DNA of 64,000 bases from Paraspadella gotoi (Eukaryota > Animalia > Chaetognatha), in assembly GCA_051294375.1 (NCBI GenBank), contig CM119268.1, positions 6,205,525 to 6,269,524 of the forward strand, written 5' to 3'. A program made the position numbers and the translations under genes. How positions within the stretch are numbered: the first letter of the stretch is position 1; each line of letters starts with the position of its first letter. This document shows, one piece after another, positions 11,579-24,800 of the stretch. The notes below the pieces were generated by a model, which saw nothing but the letters and a program-made list of their open reading frames with translations, did not search any database and had not been told where the DNA came from.

Positions 11579-14500
11579 ATGGCGTCGAAATGGGCGTGGC
11601 TTCTCTCTATTTTGTTTTTGGCGTCGACGTCGTCGTCGCTGACGTCGATCGAGAATCCGTTCGAGAATGAAGAAAGGACTTACCTCGAGGTGAGGAAGAA
11701 AAGACGGGCACTATTTTTCCGAAAGCGCCAAATTTCTGTTCATAATCCATAAACTTAATTTTAACATAAATAATAACCTATAATATGTCTCTATGGAGGC
11801 GTGAGTTCGAATCTCATCACTGCCACCACATTTGAGGAAAAACTCGTGAATTTCTTGGATGAAATCAAAACGAGATTTATTCTGAGAATAATAAGGTGAC
11901 GGTGAGACACACGCAGGAGTCCAGATCAATTCTACTGAAACTAAGAAAAGCTAAATCTATTTATATCTAGAGAGGAGGATCGATGGCGTCAGTTGTTTTG
12001 ACAGTTCTATTTGTTCTGCAAGCTAATTGGTCAATTCCGATTCATCCTTGACCAATCATGATTCGATGTTTTCGATTCTGCGGAGATCGCCCAATCCTTC
12101 GATCCGATTCTGCTTTGGGTTAGGTTGATTCTCCTGCGATGCAAGTTACTAATTACTAATTCTTAACTCTTTAAATCTTTAACCATAATCTCGGTCCCCT
12201 AATCCTAATCCATAACTCTAATCTTTAGCCCTAATCTCTGAATAAAAACCTAACCTCTTACCTTATCTTTAATTCTGAATTTAATCTATATCTTTAAAAA
12301 ACTTAATTAATTTCTCATTTAAGCTGAAATGGATCACTAATGAAAAATAAGATCGAAAATTGAAATCAAACTTCTCCCTCCCCAATTCTCCTCAGCCGGA
12401 TCACCTTCTCCACATCCCAAACGGTTGGCGTTTGGAAGGAAGAGCGAAGCCCGAAGAAAAAGTATCTTTGACTTTTGCTTTGAAGATGGGGCAGCCAGAG
12501 AAGCTGGAAGAAAAGTTGTACCAGGTGAGACAGAAAATAAGAGAAAGATAAGATAATTGAGACCAAAAAGTCAGGAAAGCAAGCTGGAAATTGAGCAGGA
12601 AATCAAATTGGTTCGTGATCAAGTGAAGTGACCTACGAAACCAGTTGCTGGCCATGAATTTTGATCATTTTATTTTTGTTTATTGTTCAGTTCAAATTTA
12701 CATATTCTCTTGTTAACAATTTTTGCTGTTTATTATTGTTTTTATAAATTATGTATTGCACGATTTCTCTTTGCACAAACATCAGAATTGTTTTCTTTTA
12801 TAAAGAACCAGTTCACCATATAACGTTACAACTTAGAACAGTAACAGTACGCCTCGACAAATTGTCTTCTCATTTTTTCCCTTTGCCCCTCAGGTCTCCA
12901 CCCCGACCTCTCCTTTCTACGGCGCTCACCTCTCTCTCGCCTCCCTGCTCCCTTTAGTCTCCCCCTCTCCTTTCTCTCTTCTCCACGTCTCCCTCTGGCT
13001 TCGCTCGGCCGGCGTCGAATCCTGCGATCGAGTCGTGACCAAGGATTTCTTGGTCTGTCAAATGACGGTTGATGTGGCCGAGAGGCTGTTGAAGGGGCTG
13101 GAGTTAATGAGGCGAGTTGTTTCTCCATCGTTTATTGGATTTATTGATAATAATTTAAATGTGCGGTCGGTCTCAAAAGTAATGGGAGCTCATAAAAATT
13201 ATGAAATTTCGTATTTCTACCCTAGTATAATGGAGTTTCAATGCACAACACCAGCTATTTTTAAACTCCACAACTATAGTTGAAACTCTCATTAATCGAC
13301 TGTATAAAGTGTATATAAAGGCGGGCCAAAATTGATAGCTTTTTATCATTAGGAGTTCTGTAATATAAAATTCATTTGTCCATCATATACTTAATCAATA
13401 TTTACTATCACTTTTTTAATTAGTATCACTTTTTTAATTAGTATAACATTGAAGCATTGAAATATTTATCAATGCATAGGCAATGAAAAAAACATTTTTT
13501 ATAAAAAAATTGATTTTTTAAGAACGGATTCATCATCACCATCATCAATAAAACATAAAAATTTGGAAATCTTGTAATAATATTTTTTTATTTATTTTTT
13601 CAAGCTCTTCCCGATTCCGGTTTTTAAAAATTTCTGAATTTTTAATTTTTAACGAATTCCCTTTTTCTTGCAGATTCCGCTCTTCTTCCTCCACAATCCT
13701 ACGATCTCTTCTTCTTTACTCTGTCCCTTCGTCCGTCGCTCCGCATCTCGACTTCATCGGCGGCGTCCATCGATTCCCTTCCACCAAATCCGGCGCCTTT
13801 GTGAGACGACGCCGTCCAAATGGCGCTGAAAATGGGCGTGGTCCAACGGAGAGAGAACGTGGCGGGACAAGAAGCGGCTTTCATCTTGGAACCACGCCTA
13901 CCGTGTTGAGAGAGAGGTTGGGAGAAAGTTTAAACGGTTTTAAAGTTTGATTTTGTATTTTCAGTTTTGCCCCTAATTTTTGGTCATATTTTCCAAAAGT
14001 GCCTCATTTTAGCTAAAATTAAGAATCAAGTTTTATGGATTTGGGTTGGGGGATAATTTTAGGGGTTTGAGTTATGGATTAGGGATTAGGATTAAGGATT
14101 AAATTAAGATTAGATTTGATTTAAATATTTAGTGAGAGATTAGGGTTAAATGTTTTGTTTAAATTTTGGAATCAGAAACAGTTTTTTGGAAAATAGTACC
14201 TACCTAATTTTTTTTCTCCATCATTTCCTTTATTCTGTTTCTCCTTTCTCAGATACAACCTCTCATCCACAGATGTCGGTTCCCACCCTTCATCTCGACA
14301 AATGACCGCTCAATTTCTAGAGCAATATTTCCATCAAACTGATGTGTCTGAATTCATGCGAGTTTTTGTTGGGAACGAATTCGAACACTTGACCAAGATC
14401 GACAAAATCGTGGGACCTGACCAAGGATTAAGGGCAAAGGTGCCTGTTTTTGGGGGGAAAAAAGAGCAAAGGATTGTGAAGTTTAAAAAGAGCTAAGGGA

Positions 14501-16515
14501 GGGAGATGAAATAAGGCGGATGAGTTAAGGCAATAGACTAAAGTGATATTTTATATTTTATGGTTAAAAGGATTGGAGAACGGATTATGAAAGTTGAATT
14601 TGTAATTAATAATAACGCTACAATTTTAAGGCTTACATTGATAGATATTACGAAAAGGAAACTATTTTAAAAAGTTTTAAAAAAACGCTATTGATTCAAT
14701 TTTTCAAGATAAGAAATTTATATCCCAAAGGTGGAGGCGACACTTGATGTGGAGTACATGATGACTACAGGCGCCAACATTTCCACATGGTTTTGGTCAA
14801 CGCCCGGACGTCACGAGTCCCAAGAGCCTTTTCTGGAATGGATCGTCACGATGACCAACACTTCCGACCTTCCTTCGGTCTGCTCGGTCTCTTATAGGTG
14901 ATTAAAGTGAATCATTAATACGAGATCAACTTTGTTGCTCACAGTAACCTGCTTTTTTTTCTACTTTCAGCGACTATGAATCAACGCTTTCCAAAAGCTA
15001 CATGCAACGAATTAACCTTGAATTTGCAAAGGCTGGAGTTAGAGGAATTTCTATTCTTTTTGCTTCAGGTCGGAAATCTTAAATTTTCATTTACTCTAAA
15101 GTTGAGCCTTATAATTATATAAGCCTTATAGTTATATTTGTTTTTCTCTCACATGATCATCTCTTCATATTCAAATAAACTGCGGGGTGAGCTACTTTGA
15201 TAATGTTATGTTGATGTTTTGATGGTATTTTTGAAAGTATTAGTTTAGTAAATAATTTATTAATTACAATATTGTATTATTTTTTCATATTAAAAGGTGA
15301 TAATGGCGCAGGGTGCAAAGAGACAACTCATGACCACTACATCTACAATCCGATGTTCCCATCATCAAGTCCTTATGTTACAACAATTGGAGGGACAGTT
15401 TTTGACAACCCTTTTGAAATAACAGGTGAGTATGAATATCTAATAATTATTGGTTTAATAAACTTTTTTTTCAAAACAGCAAATAAAAACCTAAATAATT
15501 TCTTGTAATCCATAATGATTAATGATTAATCAATAGATTTTGTTATTACGATCTGGGAAAATTAATAAGTCGCTAAAACATTCGTGACTTTTGTAGCTTT
15601 TAACATAAAGATTGAAAAAAAATACACAATTAACATATTTAAAAAAATTAGTATTTTCTTATTAAAATAAACTCTTTTAATGCGAAATATGATAAATTAT
15701 TATATTTTAAAAAATTCAATCAAATTTAAAAAGCCAGATTAAAAAAAAAGATTTTTTTAAATATATAGATTTTTTCTATCTATTTTTATATTAAATTTGT
15801 CAAAAGTTAAGTAGAATTTTTATTCCCCCACAGGAGAAAACACGGACTTCATCAGCGGTGGAGGATTTTCCTTCGTCTTTTCTCGACCAAAATATCAAGA
15901 CGTCGCTGTCGAGCATTTCCTTGCAACGGCGGGCAAGGCTCTGCCCGATGCCCACTACTTTAACAGAAGCGGACGAGCTTTTCCCGATTTGGCCGCACTC
16001 TCTGACAATTATTGGATTGTGGCCAATCGGATTCCGACCCCTTACATTTCTGGTCAGTGGGGGAAAAAAAAAGAGGAGAAATATGAGAAAGATTATTTTT
16101 TTTTATTTAATTTATCTAAATTTAAATTATTTAAATTTAATCCTCCCTACAAAATCCAGGCACTTCATGTTCAACTCCAGTTTGGGCAGGAATCATCAGC
16201 CTCATAAACGACGTTAGACTCAGAAGTGGAAAACCAGTTTTAGGTAAAATAGTTGTTGTTGTCTCAGCTCGTCTTATTGTACTTATCCCTCGCCCTTTAC
16301 CCATTTCCTGCCCCTCAGGCTTTCTCAACCCGATGATTTACTCCAAACTCTCAACGAGCAATTCTGGTCTCACCGACATCGTCAAAGGTTGTCACGTCGG
16401 CTGTCTTGACTCTGAGACCCTAGAGGGCTTCTGCGCACAAGAAGGCTGGGACCCGACAACGGGCTGGGGCGTGCCTGATTACAAAACCCTTATCAAGACA
16501 ATGATGACCTTTTGA
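11579..16515 (+). CDS. TPP1: Tripeptidyl-peptidase 1 (S53 sedolisin family), 11 exons: 11579-11689, 12396-12524, 12894-13111, 13674-13916, 14253-14439, 14731-14897, 14971-15068, 15297-15425, 15833-16052, 16160-16243, 16319-16515
   Basis: Signal peptide, prodomain (GW...[14 protein letters not shown]; [12 protein letters not shown]), AQFLEQYFH, catalytic [31 protein letters not shown], nucleophile motif GTSCSTP and [11 protein letters not shown]. Intron phases are consistent; AATAAA at ~16619. Confidence 0.97.
11787..11828 (+). pseudogene. 3' half of a tRNA-Leu-like sequence ending in CCA, in TPP1 intron 1
   Basis: gtctctatggaggcgtgagttcgaatctcatcactgccacca resembles the eukaryotic tRNA-Leu variable arm, T-arm and acceptor (GTCTCTTCGGAGGCGTGGGTTCGAATCCCACCGCTGCCA) plus CCA. 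No 5' half is present. Confidence 0.7.
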
Positions 16516-17189
16516 GTTGTAAGGATTAAAATGTTGAGATATTTCTTATCATACATGTCAGCTTGCACTTTGTACTCGTGTTTTTCAGTTGTTGAACTCT
16601 TGTTTCAAGAAATTTATGAATAAAATTCCTACACTCGTATTATTTCTATATTCATTGAAAATAAGATTAAGATTAAAAATCTTCCATGAATTACAACTAT
16701 GTCCTGTTTTTAACTCATTTTCATAAATCACGCCTCGGGGTAGGAGTTTTTGAAGTTTAAAAAAGTAGGGATGAACTAGTCGGGGTTAAAAAGTTTTCTC
16801 ATTGTTGCATTATTCCTAAAAAATTCTCCCTTGCTTCATGAAAGTGTAGTCTTATATTTGGGAAAAGTAGTCAAAGCAGCAGATTAAGGTCAGCTCAGTT
16901 ATGATCCTCCATAGCACTGGGATAGGGCCAAGAAATTGATTGTAAATATAAAATGATAGTTTTAGATTTAATTTTTGAGTTTGTAAATAATAAATTTGAT
17001 CTGCACCTGCTAGATTTTCCTTTGCACCTGCTTTTATACAAAATAGCAATTTTTATTTAAGTTTATATAATTCCAAATAATTTAATAATTTCTTAATTAA
17101 TATCATTTTATCAACAGAAAATCTATATAAATAAATATTATATCCTATATTTTTTATCTTAATTTTTTTTCTTACCCATGTTTTGTAAA

Positions 17190-17500
17190 AACTGTATAAG
17201 TTAAAAAAATTATGCAAGTTAAAAAATGTTGCAAGTTGACAAAATGATACAAGTTAAAAAAATGATGCAAGTTGAAAAAATGATACAAGTTAAAAAAATT
17301 ATGCAAGTTGAAAAAATGATGAAAGCTATAATAATGATGAAAGCTAAAAAAATGATGCAAGCTGAAAAAATAATACAAGTTGAAAAAATGAAAAAGTTAA
17401 AAAATGATTCAGATTTAAAAAATATTATTAATGCCGAAGTAACAGTTCAGTTTAAGTCCTTGAAAGCGATTTACATGTATTGGCGCAGTCACTGGTTAAG
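17190..17500 (+). repeat. ~18-20-bp AAAAAATTATGCAAGTT satellite-like array with a shared tail; related copies at 26030-26640 (+) and 24480-24560 (-)
   Basis: Tandem units; tail gtaacagttcagtttaag..ttgaaagcgatttacatgtattgg is shared with ~26575-26635. Confidence 0.85.
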
Positions 17501-17700
17501 TTTGTGGTTGATAATTTCTTGGATATTTTTTGTATATTTTTTAATTGAATATTTTTAACATGAAACCGCAAAAAAATTCAAAATCCTTTTTCTTAGCTTA
17601 ATTTTTTTTGCTATGACTTAAATTACCATAAATAAAGGCATGCAATAAAAACAAAAAACAAATGAAGCTATGTAAAGAAAATTAAACATACTCATTTAAG

Positions 17701-17775
17701 GGTTACCCTGACTTGGATGCCCTTTCAGAAGATTACTGGATTATGCTAAATGGAAATCAGATATCGATATCATGT
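17701..17775 (+). pseudogene. Orphan exon-like fragment of a second TPP1-like gene
   Basis: After tttaag it reads GYPDLDALSEDYWIMLNGNQISIS, versus [25 protein letters not shown] in exon 9 of the adjacent TPP1. Confidence 0.7.
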
Positions 17776-18839
17776 TTGAGGAAGAAAGGGGAGAGTGAAT
17801 GTTAAGAAAAAGGAAAGTTAAACTAAAACAAACTACTTTTTTGTAGAATAAACAGTACATTGCTTCCTAACATAATTATTGATAAAGATATAAAGCGTCA
17901 TTGGCTACTTTTTGTTAGTGAATGATAAAAAATATTGAAAAGAGAAAAGGAGAAAAATCATAAAGAAAGCATAAAATAGCCGAGAAGGTGGGAATACGTT
18001 AAACGGTTAAAGAATTAAAAAAATTCTTAAGGTCCCGGAATGGTCCAATGGGAAGGAGAGGGAACATAAGAAGAAAGTGTCTACGTTTAAATTCTTATTA
18101 ATAAATTTTATTATTGTATTGTTCACGTATTCCCTACTTAAAAGATCTAATTCTACAACATTGCTCTATATTTTTATGACGGAACTTTTCGTTCTCCACC
18201 TTTTATAATATAAAAAAGTCTTATACATAGAGTGACTAAAAATGATCAAGCATTGACCTTTTTGGGGGGGAAAAGTCAGACTGTGTCAAAGTAAATTGAC
18301 AATACTAACAAAATTAAATTTCATCTCTCAAGGTTTTCTAGGCTTTTACCATCAATTACTGAATCAAATTTATCCCCCAAAAATGCTGGTCTATATTTGT
18401 TTGTTCATTTTTCAAACCTTTATTGATATATCTGGTTTTGATTCAAACCACGTGACAGTTATTCTTTCGGTTATTTTAAAAACAACGAAAATCGCTCAAT
18501 AGTACTTTGTATTTCCTCATTTAAAAAAACTGAAGGCGACTTCCTTTTCTAAGAAAATTTGGTAACAACGATATTCAAAGAAAAAATTATATTACTTCTT
18601 TTTGCGTTTGTGTAAAGACTAAAGAACTTCAATCAATCAATCAATTCATGAAACTTGGGGGGGTTATACAAATGTATTTAATATCCTAGAATTGTGAAGA
18701 CAAGTTATATAAATTCGCACGGTGCCGCGGTGGTCATGAATGTAATATTATTAACTTTAATTTATTCAGTTAAACGCATTTCATTCAAGGAAGCAAACGT
18801 TTAGAAGTGCGAGGGCTTTCACCGAGAAATCGCGTAAAA

Positions 18840-21800
18840 ATGTATACGGTAAGTCTTAATTAATGCGCAAGTTTAATGTTTAGTTTTACTTAATTAATAT
18901 TTTCCAATGATTCATTTAAAGTTTATTTGCTCGGAAGAAATAATTAGTAAAAAAAAAACAAGTTTGAGCAAACTATGCCGGATCTGCTCATGATAATTTA
19001 GAGGTAAATAGCTAATCAAATAATTAACTAATTAAATAATAAACTAATTAATTAATAAAAATAATAATATTAATTAATATAATTATTAATTAATGACTAT
19101 TATTTACCATTACCTCTAATAACACTTAATTAATTAAATATTAATTAATTAATATTAATAAATATAATAATAATAATTAATATAGTAATTTATTAACTAC
19201 TATTATTACCCATTACCACTAACACCACTTATTTAATTAATTAATTCTTGTGGTAGTTTTGCCAGTAGTAGTCATTGTGGTATTTGTAATATTAAAAAAA
19301 GCAAAATCAAATTGTAAAACGTATCTTTTGTTTTTCCCTTTTAAACTTATTTACACTTAAGTAATTCCATAAAAACATTATTTCCAACTCAATAACTAAC
19401 TTTTTAACATTATTTTTTTGGGCTAATTTTTTATAATTTGATGCCCTGTGATAATATAAGTAATTTACCGATACCATAATTAGGGGCAACCGACAGACCG
19501 ATAAAGCTGATTATAGACTAAAAACTTTAGTTTATTCTTTGCAGACACAACCGGGTCAGTCGATGCAGCCAGGTCAGCCACCCAACCCTGGCCAGCCACC
19601 CACCCCGGGCCATTCACCCGTAGTGGTGGTCCAACCGCCTGTTTACAAACCAAGTAACTTCATGGTTCTGGCCATTCTGACCACTTTTCTCTTCTGTAAT
19701 CCAATTTTTGGAATCATCGCTTGGGTTCTCTCTTGCGCCTCTGACGATAACTACGATGCGGGTAACCTTGACGCTGTTTTCGAATAGCGCCCAATTTCTG
19801 TTCCTTAATTTTAACCCCAACATTAGGAAAACATTTGTTCTGATCGTAACAACGGAAAAGTTTATTCGAAATAAGCGGACTTGTTTCGACTAAGTTGATA
19901 GTCTTCTTCATTGCAAAACAAATTGTATAATTTACAAGTTTTTTGGAAAAAAATTGGTTGAGAGAGAGAGAGAGAGAGAGGGAAAGAGGGAGAGAGGGAA
20001 AGAGACAGATAAAGTTTCAAACAAAGAATTGAGAGATAAAGTGGTTAGTTTGAGAACAGCTAAAGTTTTAGGTCAAAATAAAGAGAGAGTGAAGAAGAAA
20101 TGAAATGTCAGTTAAATACAATGGTGATGTTTTAATACAGTATTATACATTTTTAATATAGGTAAGACATTAACAGATAAATTTTAAACTTTAAAGTGAA
20201 CAATTAACTGTGATAATTTAAATGAAAATATTATAAAATTAAAATTGATGAAGAGAGATATAGCAATACAATAATAGGAAAAAAGTGAAAAATTATGAAA
20301 TTTGTTTTGCGCTGACGAAAACTATTTACTAAGTCGAAACATCTCCATTTCTTTATAATAAACTTTTCCGTTATTACGACCAAAATAAATATTTTTCTTA
20401 CTATTAATTTTAATGCAACAAAAATCAAGTCTTTTACACATTTAAAATATTTATAATTTTTTTTACAAAATCTTTACCTGTATCCCTAACTAGAGTTCCG
20501 ATAACCGTTAATTTTTTAGGAAATTCGTTTAACCGTTAAAACTAACATTTTTAACGGTTAACCGTTAAGATCGGTTAATTTTATAATTTAACTTTAAATT
20601 AAAATATTAAGATTTAAAACAAACTAAAGTATTTAATGGTATTTTCTCTTTAACTCTGGCTCTTGAATGCGCTGATAAAGACTTGAAACAGAGTCGAAAC
20701 ATGTCTGCTTTTTATGTCAAATAAAATTGTTGTTGTAACAAAACAAATATTTTGCTAATCTCATAACACAACGAAACGAAGGATACCATCAAATTCTAAT
20801 TCTATATTTTGTTTTCTCTTTCTCTCTTTTGCTTTCTATTTTTCTTCCTCTTCTTCTCTTCCTCATTATTGTAAATCGCTTCAGCGATTTACTTACCCCC
20901 GAAAATTGTACAATTTTGGGCCGCTCCTATTTTTTTTTTCAATTTTTTTTTTTTTTTTTCCGTCTTGTAATTTTTGCTACCTACTACGAGGATTTGTCTC
21001 TTACTTTTTCTACTAGAGCATTTTCCCTTTACTTTCTATAGAAATTTGCTCTTATGTCTGCACCCACTAGATCTTCACTTGCATCGCTTTACACAAAATA
21101 GCAAATTTTGGCCTGTTTTGGTCTTAATAAAACAGATGATCCACAAACAAAAGAGCATTTTTCTGAAACAAAAGAAACAGTCCCATTAAATCTTCTTTAT
21201 ATTTTCACCCTATTCTACTAGAGGGCTTTACAAAGCAGGAGGTCTTTTGTAAGACAAAAGGAACATTCATTTGCTCTTCTGTCTGCCCCTAGATCTTCAC
21301 TTGCACCTGCTCTTCAACAAAATAGCAAGTGTTTTTTTTTCGATTTTTTATCTAAATATTTTTTAAAATTAATGTTTTTTATATTTTTGCAAGTATTTTT
21401 TTCCTATTCTATGAAAATATGCAAAATACCTGTTTTACTATTATATCAAGCCAGGACCACCGTTGGCTGATTATTTTTTCCTTCTCAAAACTTTTATTAT
21501 CGTCATTTATTCCACGTCTTTGTTTTCCTCAATACAAAATCCAAATTTACATCTGAGATTTTCGTAGACTTTTTTGAGAAAATGTGAAGAATATCTTACT
21601 TGACCTGGATTTCGTAGCCGTTGCAGGTCAACGAGTAAACAATGTCAAGGAACATGACCTAATAACGCGTTTCGGTGGCAACGGAACTTTACATGTATAA
21701 AAAAAAGTCAACTTGACCGAGATCACGCCGCCGTTGCGAGGCAACGGATAACCGAATAAACGAGAGTGACCTAATATTGCGTATCGTTGGCGGGAAAACT

Positions 21801-21849
21801 CTCTCTCTCTCTCTCTCTCTCTCGCAGCGTCTGTTCAGCTTCTTTCTCT

Positions 21850-21888
<39 letters not shown>

Positions 21889-24800
21889 CGTCTCCTGTTT
21901 TTTTTAGTCCTTTTTTTTCACCACCATCACTTTGGCAACGAGTAAACGAGTTCCGCCTCTGTAGCGTCTGTTCAGCTTCTTTCTCTCTCTCTCTCTCTTC
22001 TCTCTCTCTCTTTCTGTCTCTTCTCTTCTTTACAATCTCTTGCGTGATCGTCGTTTTTTTGAAAATTCTGATTATTTTTTTCCTTCTAAAAACCTTTTAT
22101 TATTGCCATTTATTCGGCGCTTTTTTCTCAATACAAAATCCCAAATTTACATCCGAGATTTTCCTGGTCATTTTAGAAAAAGTGAAGAATCTTATAACGC
22201 AGTTCCGCCTCTGCAGCGTCTGTACAGCTTCTTTCTCTCTCTCATTTCTCTCTCTCTTTAGCGATCTTTACGATCTCTTGCGTGATCGGTTTGTTTTTTA
22301 AAAAAAATTCTGATTATTTTTTTCCTTCTAAAAAACTTTTATTATCGCCATTTATTCTCGATACAAAATCCCAAATTTACATCGCGAGATTTTCGTGGAT
22401 ACATTTGAGAAAAAGTGAATAATAACTTATAATGCATGCAATGTCACATGAGGCTTCTGCTAATGTGAGAGGTAAGCGACATCTTGCTATATATAACGGC
22501 AGAACAATCTAAAATTTCATTCAAGATTAAATTTTTTTTAAATGAGGAAATAAAATTTTTTTGATAAGTAAAAAAATATTTAGAAGTCAAAAATATCATA
22601 GTCGTTAATTGAGTATTTTCAACGATATATTTTGTTAATAGGGATTATAATTTTTTGACCTTTATTATTGAAAATAGTTTAGATTTATCGGACACAGTTT
22701 TCATTTCATAACAATCAATATCAATCTCATTCATTTTCAATAATATGGCAAATAGTTAAGGGTTTTCAACCTCATTTTGAACTAGATGAACCAAGTCTTC
22801 AGTCTTATTTCAATTGAAAAAAAAATTGAAAGTTAATTTATGCTTAATCACACACTAACAAAACAATTTTATTTCTATCACGTTCTAAATATTTGTTTGC
22901 AGTCTCTCTCTGTCTCACTCTCTCTGTCTCTCTCTCTGTTTGTCTTTCTCTCTGTGTGTGTCTCTGTCTCTCTCTCTCTCTGTGTCTGTCTCTCTCTGTA
23001 TGATCTCTTGGCGTGATCGTTCGTTTTTTTTGAAAAAATTCTGATATTTTTTTTCGCTTCTAAAACTTATTTTTAATCTGCCATTTATTCATTATACAAA
23101 CGGGTAAAATCCCAAAAGAATTTAACGTTACACGCTTGGACTCAATTTAGTATTTTCTGTCGTTTAATATCCCATTTGTAAACGAAGAGAATCAACGCTA
23201 GGATAAAAGACCTTTTCGATGGACCTTACTGTATAACTCTGAAATATTGAATGTCTCACGCCGCGTTGAGCCGGTAGAGAGTGACAATGCGCTCTGCTAC
23301 GAAAAGACTTTGTCTCTCTCAAATCTTGACTTTTATGTTGTTTGACTTCTCGTAATCTGCCTTTTATCAATATTGATTCTATGAACCGGACTCCTAAGTA
23401 TTCTGCGACAAAAATGTCGTTCTTACGCAGCGCAGCTAACCTTCAGTACATGCTTGAATGTCTGGGTTCCGTCTTTCCTCTTAGGTCAAAACTTCATATC
23501 TACTCCTCGATTGATATGCCTACTGGATTGTTGCATCTTATTCTATTGCTGTAACTAACCTTTACTTGAGCATAGAAGATTTGAATTTCGAATGAATGGT
23601 GCGATGGGAAATGTAATGAAACCAACCGATATAAAAAATCTATTTTAGCTATATTGAGGCAATTGCACATATTGGATATGGGAAAAAATTGAGACTAAGA
23701 AGTTGTATAAAATGTAAAGGAAAATGAATTTGATTAGTGATATATAAATCGATGAAGAAACGGCTAGAAGATGTGAAATGTTTTGTTACATGATGGAAAA
23801 AAAACCTTATGAGTCATATTTTATCTCAATCAAAAAATCTAACCTACTTGACAAGTTTGTTGTTAACGGTATGTAAATGATAATAAGCTTTGACAAGGAA
23901 ATTACGTGTATACAAAAATATATTATACGCTTGAGCATAAAGTCTAAGCTGTCTGTTCTCTCTTTTTCTTTGTCGGGCTGCTTAATCGAATTCCGTCTTT
24001 ATATTGAAAAGATTCGTTGTAGTGTCCCTAACTTGTCGCCTAGCAACTCAATTACGTCGATTGAATTGTGAATTGTTGGTAAATGTGATGGATGTTGCAG
24101 TTCGATGACGCGGTCGAGGTTAAACAAACTATTTCTTGAGCATTGCTATGGTGAGGAATTGACTATTTATAATGTAGGAGGTTTCTGGGAAGTCGTGGAC
24201 GGCGGTGAATAGTAAGAAGAAAATCATATACTAATTTTTCCTTATTATTTGTTCTTTGGCAGCAGGCCGAACCCTCTGATGGAGCTCGGCTCCGGCGAGG
24301 TCCGAGAAAGGGATTGTTCAGCTCTCTCTTTCTTTGAATTATATCGTCGCTCTCCTCTCTTTTTCTCCGCGCTACTGCTTCTGATTCTGATTTGTTGAGC
24401 GTAAGTTCGTCGTCGTCGTCTTTGAGCATAATTTTTAATTCAACTTCGCATAATTTTTTAACGCAACTTGTTATTTCCAACGTTGCATAATCTTTTTCAA
24501 TTTGTATAATTTTTTTCAACTTGATAATTTTTTCAACTTGCATATTTTTTTAACTTGAAGCAACTTTTTTTTCAATTTTTAACCTATCTAGTTATCAGTT
24601 CCTTAGTGAGAGCAGTGAGGAAGTTGAAATGTGTATCACATTTTATTGTTTTATAACTCGATTTCAAATTAATTTTTTTTGTTTAAATTTCCATTTATTA
24701 TGAATTTACTGCAATATTCAAATTAGATTATAGTACTTTTTTCATTAATTTCTTTGACTAGTAGGACTGGCGCAGAATCACTTTACTTTTAAGATGTTTC

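Noticed and set aside
17226-17558. MQVEK-repeat ORF
   Set aside because: Product of the non-coding 18-20-bp satellite; sister arrays are not open.
21777-22301. 174-aa hydrophobic ORF
   Set aside because: Low-complexity CT repeats inside the transposon.
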